A DNA stretch of 64,000 bases from Sedimentisphaerales bacterium (GTDB taxonomy: Bacteria; Planctomycetota; Phycisphaerae; Sedimentisphaerales; Anaerobacaceae): assembly GCA_040772485.1 (NCBI GenBank), contig JAXGYC010000007.1:1-64000 (forward strand). Reading direction: 5' to 3'. Of this stretch, positions 60,967 to 64,000 are shown piece by piece. The notes under the pieces are model-generated. The model was given only the letters and a program-made list of their open reading frames with translations. It was not told the origin of the DNA and did no database searches. Position 1 is the first letter of the stretch. Every line of letters begins with the position of its first letter. The translations under genes and the position numbers were made by a program.

Positions 60967-61885
60967 CACTGGCGTTCCCTCATAGGAGGAGGGTCCCGCC
61001 AAGAAAGCCACCAACTGGGAAGGTGGTCTTCTCATGGAGGAAGACGCATCCGGAGTGTGCGTCGAACCGCGATCTCGCGGCGTGCCCGTGGTGCGCCTGT
61101 GGTCGCCTCAGGGAGAGACACGGAAGTGGGTTCGCAGGGAACGGGTAACGGATTACGCAGAAAGGTCAGGATCGCAGACGAAACGGTGCCTGCGCCTGCA
61201 CGTATCTTGGGGGTTGTAACGGGGGGACCGCACGCCATCGGGCGCGGTTCCATCTCAGAGAAACCGGAACAAGACAGGTCGCTCTACTGCTGCGCGGGTC
61301 TGCCTTCGCATCCTGGGGAGCCGACCCGGCCGGGACTTTCGATGTCGGACGGAACGGCGGTCTGCCCTGACGCCAATCGAGCAGTCCGCGTGCCATCGCA
61401 CACTGACAGACGACACAACAGCAGTACTCAGACACGCGTGGCCGCCAGGAGTGCGGCACGCAGGGAGGGCACACCATGTGGCATGCGCAAGGTGCGAGTC
61501 GGACGGATGACGAAGACGCCGCATCGCTGTCGCGCGGCGTGCCGGGACCACAACGTACGAGGGTTGTCCCCACAAGACAGCCACCGATATCTTCCTTTCC
61601 TGTTTCATGACGCTCGCGTCGAATTGGGTCGATCGGCTATGGAATGCTGAGCGATCCGCGCGGATTGGCGTCAGAGGCCTTCGACCCCTCTGACGCCAAT
61701 CCCGTGTCAAGGCCCGCTCGCGGGCCGGCGACAGAAAGCACAACCGGGTCGGCCCCGGGGCGGTTGGGCCGCCTGCGACGACACGGAGAGATTGAACCGA
61801 CACAAGGCCTTAAGCCAAATGTCTACAGGGTCCCGGGCCGCTCCCGACGGCGCCGGGCATACCCCGAGCAATTGGCCTTTACCAT
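60967..61885 (+). ncRNA. Candidate large (~920 nt) structured non-coding RNA of unknown class
   Basis: Own promoter and terminator, no credible ORF, dense nested local and long-range stems. Confidence 0.65.
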
Positions 61886-61922
61886 GAAGGGGCGGATCCG
61901 ACAGGGTCCGCCCTTCTCATTT
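61886..61922 (+). terminator. Intrinsic terminator (possibly bidirectional)
   Basis: gaaggggcggatcc-gaca-gggtccgcccttc followed by tcattt. Confidence 0.7.
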
Positions 61923-61960
61923 GTCAAGCTCACGCCGATCGAACGCCCGCCCGGAACAGT

Positions 61961-62437
61961 TCACACCGACGGAAGAAACGAGGCGCCGGCGTCCGTGTCG
62001 GACAGGGCGTCCTGTGACGCCTTCTTGCGAGAGGGATGCTTTGTCGTAATGTGAAAGTGGCCGTCGTCGAAGGTCATGTCCTCGATGTCGACGCCGCGAA
62101 TCCACCCCCGGACGATCCGGTTGACGTCCACGTAGAGCGTGGGATACTCCCACCGCCCCCCGTGATCCTGCAAACGCAGCGACTCGACCATCTTCTCGAC
62201 CAGCCAGTCGAAGGTGTCGATCAGGCGGTTGGTCACCAGCTCGAACGCGATATGCCCGTCGTCGAAGCCGGCGAATCGCACGCTGACCCGGATCGATTTG
62301 AGCACGGGCCAGGAGGTTTTGACCTTCAGCTTGATCTGGTCGCCTTCGGTGTCGATCTCGCTGACCTGGTCCGGTATCAGCTCGTTGGCGTGCAGGATAT
62401 CGAAAAGCTCGTCAGCCGATAGAACGATTTTTGCCAT
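61961..62437 (-). CDS. Hypothetical protein (158 aa)
   Basis: Protein-like composition with GC-rich third positions; AAGGA RBS. Confidence 0.8.
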   Translation of the reverse strand: MAKIVLSADELFDILHANELIPDQVSEIDTEGDQIKLKVKTSWPVLKSIRVSVRFAGFDDGHIAFELVTNRLIDTFDWLVEKMVESLRLQDHGGRWEYPTLYVDVNRIVRGWIRGVDIEDMTFDDGHFHITTKHPSRKKASQDALSDTDAGASFLPSV

Positions 62438-62654
62438 AGCGTTAGATTCCTTGAAACTCCAGCCGATATCTTAGCACACCCGGGCGAAAAATGCAGACCG
62501 AAGTCGAGGGGACGCCGGTTTGTCGCTGAAGACCCGAGCCGTGGCGGCCGATAAATGCCCTGAGGGCACGAACGCGGACTCGCTCGGTCGCGGTCTTGCG
62601 TCGGCAGGCCCTCACGGACGCCAACAGATTGTGCTGCTCCTGAGGATTAGACGC

Positions 62655-63320
62655 ATGAAACGATCGATCATTCTCGCCGCGTTTTGTTTCTTGTCATGGA
62701 CCGCCCTGGCCACAGCGAGTGACTCGGGACGGCTCGCCATCGCCGGGCGGAGCGGCACCCTTGGACTGGGCGGCGACGTGATGGTCAACGTCCTTTCCGA
62801 CGTGAACGTCCGTCTCGGCGTGGGCTACTTCAACCTCGATTTTGACGGCGAGGTGGAGGATGTCGAGTATGACGTCGATCTCGATCTGTTGACCTTCCCC
62901 CTGCTGGTCGACTGGTATCCTTTCGAGAACAAGTTTCATGTCAGTGCGGGCGTCATTCTGAACCAGACCGAAGCCGGCCTGGCCGGTCGCTACGACGGCA
63001 CGCTCGAAATCGGCGACGAAACCTACACCGCCGAGGAGATCGGGGTCCTGTCGGGCGATCTGAGCTTTCGGGACGTGGCTCCCTACGTCGGGATCGGCTG
63101 GGGCAATGCGTTCGGCAAGGCGCGGCGCTGGGGCTTCATGACTGACCTGGGCGTGGCGTTCATCGGGTCGCCTCGCGTCGCCCTGTCCGCCACCGGCACG
63201 CTGGCCGGTGATCCGGAATTCCGCGCCAATCTGGCCAAGGAAGAGGACGACCTCCAGGACGAGGCCGACAAGTTCAAAATCTACCCCGTCCTGTCGGCGA
63301 ACCTGTACTTCCGCTTCTGA
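62655..63320 (+). CDS. Outer membrane beta-barrel protein
   Basis: Signal peptide, GTLGLG, APYVGIGWG, C-terminal YFRF. Confidence 0.85.
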   Translation: MKRSIILAAFCFLSWTALATASDSGRLAIAGRSGTLGLGGDVMVNVLSDVNVRLGVGYFNLDFDGEVEDVEYDVDLDLLTFPLLVDWYPFENKFHVSAGVILNQTEAGLAGRYDGTLEIGDETYTAEEIGVLSGDLSFRDVAPYVGIGWGNAFGKARRWGFMTDLGVAFIGSPRVALSATGTLAGDPEFRANLAKEEDDLQDEADKFKIYPVLSANLYFRF

Positions 63321-63325
63321 TCCGC

Positions 63326-64000
63326 TCAGCTCACCAGCCGGCGGCGCAGACGCCTGACCGCCAGAGCGCCGAAGACGGCCACGAAGACGAGGATGTAGGC
63401 GAGGTTGGCCAGGAGCCCCGGATCGTAGCGGCTCAGGCACACCGCGCGGACCAGCCGGACCGAGTGCGTCAGCGGGACGACCTGAGCCACGAGCTGCACC
63501 GGCCTGGGCAGGTTGCTCACCGGAAACACCACGCCCGAGAAGAAGAACATCGGCGAGAGAAACCCCGTCATGTAGAAGTTGAAGTGATTGATCGTCTTGA
63601 CGAACGAGGTCACCAGCAGCGACATCGACGCGAACATCACGCCCGTCAGAAAGCCCACCAGCGGCGCCAGCAACGCCTGCGGAAGCCGCACGATCCCGAA
63701 CGGCGTCAGGATGCACAACACCGCGAACGAGAAGAACAGCCCTTTCGTTCCCGCCCAGAGAATCTCCCCGACGATCAGGTTGTTGACCGTGATCGGCGCT
63801 GCCAGCATCCCGTCGTAGACCTTCTCGAACTCCAGCCGGATGAACGTCGCGTACGTGCACTCGAACGACGCCGTGAACATCGCCGTGGTCACCAGCAGTC
63901 CCGTCCCCAGGAACGTGATGTAGCTCATCCCGTCCATCGACTCGGTGATGTACCGGCTCAGGCCCAGGCCGACCCCCACCAGGAACAGCAGCGGCTCCAG
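63326..64000 (-). CDS. ABC-2 type permease (NodJ-like), 5' truncated
   Basis: YITFLGTGL, PMFFFSGVVFP, PLTH. Confidence 0.9.
   Translation of the reverse strand: MEPLLFLVGVGLGLSRYITESMDGMSYITFLGTGLLVTTAMFTASFECTYATFIRLEFEKVYDGMLAAPITVNNLIVGEILWAGTKGLFFSFAVLCILTPFGIVRLPQALLAPLVGFLTGVMFASMSLLVTSFVKTINHFNFYMTGFLSPMFFFSGVVFPVSNLPRPVQLVAQVVPLTHSVRLVRAVCLSRYDPGLLANLAYILVFVAVFGALAVRRLRRRLVS

Noticed and set aside
61000..61030. Cobalamin riboswitch-like gaaagccac...gggaagg
   Set aside because: The upstream AGGGAA/GGTG..TCC/ACTGT core and the downstream B12 box are absent, and no regulated gene follows
60967..61885. tmRNA, RNase P RNA, SRP RNA or group II intron as identity of the candidate RNA
   Set aside because: No GGGG...TTCGA...CCACCA acceptor/T-arm, no GAGGAAAGTCC, no SRP helix 8 motif and no domain V. 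The terminal ACCA (61881-84) and GTGCG (61091) alone are insufficient. A formal Rfam search is still needed.
61034..62054. ORFs of 61-197 aa across the candidate RNA
   Set aside because: No good RBS, Arg/Pro/Gly/Ser-rich shadow-type composition, no recognisable motifs; one runs through the terminator

Overview
High-GC bacterial chromosomal segment. Gene content suggests a Planctomycetota genome, possibly Phycisphaerae (inference). Left end: the C-terminal half of a tyrosine recombinase, frameshifted by a 34-bp tandem duplication, whose stop codon lies inside a dif-like XerC/D site. Then: a TPR protein, two-component genes, tandem CNNM/DUF21 genes, a GT-C membrane protein, dacB, a hom-apgM-aspartokinase operon, an NtrC-type pair, rpsO-pnp, ruvX, manC, two Tat-exported sugar enzymes and pcrA/uvrD. 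Next are an SPFH(x3)/P1B-ATPase/ABC operon, a type II PKS/FAS-like cluster with a KS plus chain-length-factor-like pair, serS and a type II secretion cluster. The most striking unexplained element is a ~920-nt non-coding, highly structured unit at ~60967-61885. It has its own near-consensus sigma70 promoter and a terminator, and lies just downstream of a very basic unknown protein, making it a candidate large ncRNA or RNP system. All calls are by eye; no searches were run.
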